From: Candidatus Yanofskybacteria bacterium
GTDB taxonomy: Bacteria > Patescibacteriota > Minisyncoccia > 2-02-FULL-40-12 > GWA2-44-9
NCBI GenBank assembly: GCA_003514055.1
Contig: DOSG01000002.1
Span: forward strand, 13,985-77,984
Reading direction: 5' to 3'
Length of the DNA: 64,000 bases
Shown here: positions 63,899 to 64,000 of the stretch, one piece after another
Position numbering within the stretch: position 1 is the stretch's first letter
How the letters are laid out: every line of letters begins with the position of its first letter
Notes under the pieces: generated by a model
Seen by the model: only the letters and a program-made list of their open reading frames with translations
Told to the model about the DNA's origin: nothing
Database searches by the model: none
Position numbers and translations under genes: made by a program

Positions 63899-64000
63899 TG
63901 AAAAATAAAATAATTTGGTTTAGAGCTAAGACGTATGGTTGGGGCTGGTATCCGTCTACATGGCAAGGTTGGCTGATCATCGTTGCCTATCTATTCTTCT
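63899..64000 (+). CDS. Start of a membrane protein (truncated by window end)
   Basis: ATG with hydrophobic Trp-rich N-terminus MKNKIIWFRAKTYGWGWYPSTWQGWLIIVAYLF. Confidence 0.3.

Overview
This is an AT-rich (about 40% GC) bacterial chromosome segment with the hallmarks of a small-genome Candidate Phyla Radiation / Patescibacteria lineage. Ribosomal protein L30 is absent, rpoB is compact, UvrC is short, a 23S-5S rRNA pair has no linked 16S, and the 23S carries expansion insertions. Main blocks are described below.

- **1-14.4 kb:** the str/S10/spc ribosomal cluster: fusA C-terminus, an odd 110-aa ORF, tuf, rpsJ, rplCDWB, rpsS, rplV, rpsC, rplP, rpmC, rpsQ, rplNXE, rpsZ, rpsH, rplFR, rpsE, rplO, secY, adk and map.
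- **14.4-18.4 kb:** a cell-surface module made of a CAP/SCP-domain membrane protein, a sortase, and a 646-aa Thr-Pro-repeat surface protein.
- **18.5-22.8 kb:** a promoter-driven 23S-5S unit.
- **22.8-35.8 kb:** ftsW/rodA, rpoB, rpoC, ftsK and recA.
- **35.8-48.3 kb (mostly minus strand):** rpsR-ssb-rpsF, ychF, a phosphohexomutase, RNase J, tRNA-Leu, a PGI/PMI-type SIS isomerase, an OppA-like binding protein, secG, a holin-like protein and a short uvrC.
- **48.4-49.3 kb:** an island of more than 60% GC carrying its own consensus promoter, two small ORFs and a terminator.
- **49.4-56.3 kb:** a Pol-beta-type nucleotidyltransferase, groES-groEL, lemA with its DUF2207 partner, htpX and tRNA-Ser.
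- **56.3-60.0 kb:** a very AT-rich island flanked by a tRNA-Ser 3'-end repeat, carrying a DUF4238-family candidate anti-phage gene plus two unknowns.
- **60.0-64.0 kb:** uppP, rsgA, alr and a queuosine-precursor transporter.

The most unusual signals are these:

- A structured ~80-nt repeat family (four full copies and one end-fragment) with compensatory base changes. Each copy is nested inside a flanking hairpin or terminator, and one sits in the 23S-5S spacer.
- The high-GC cassette of apparently foreign origin.
- The two tRNA-associated 3'-end duplications.
- A GC-rich, hairpin-dense 460-bp non-coding block that is a candidate ncRNA.
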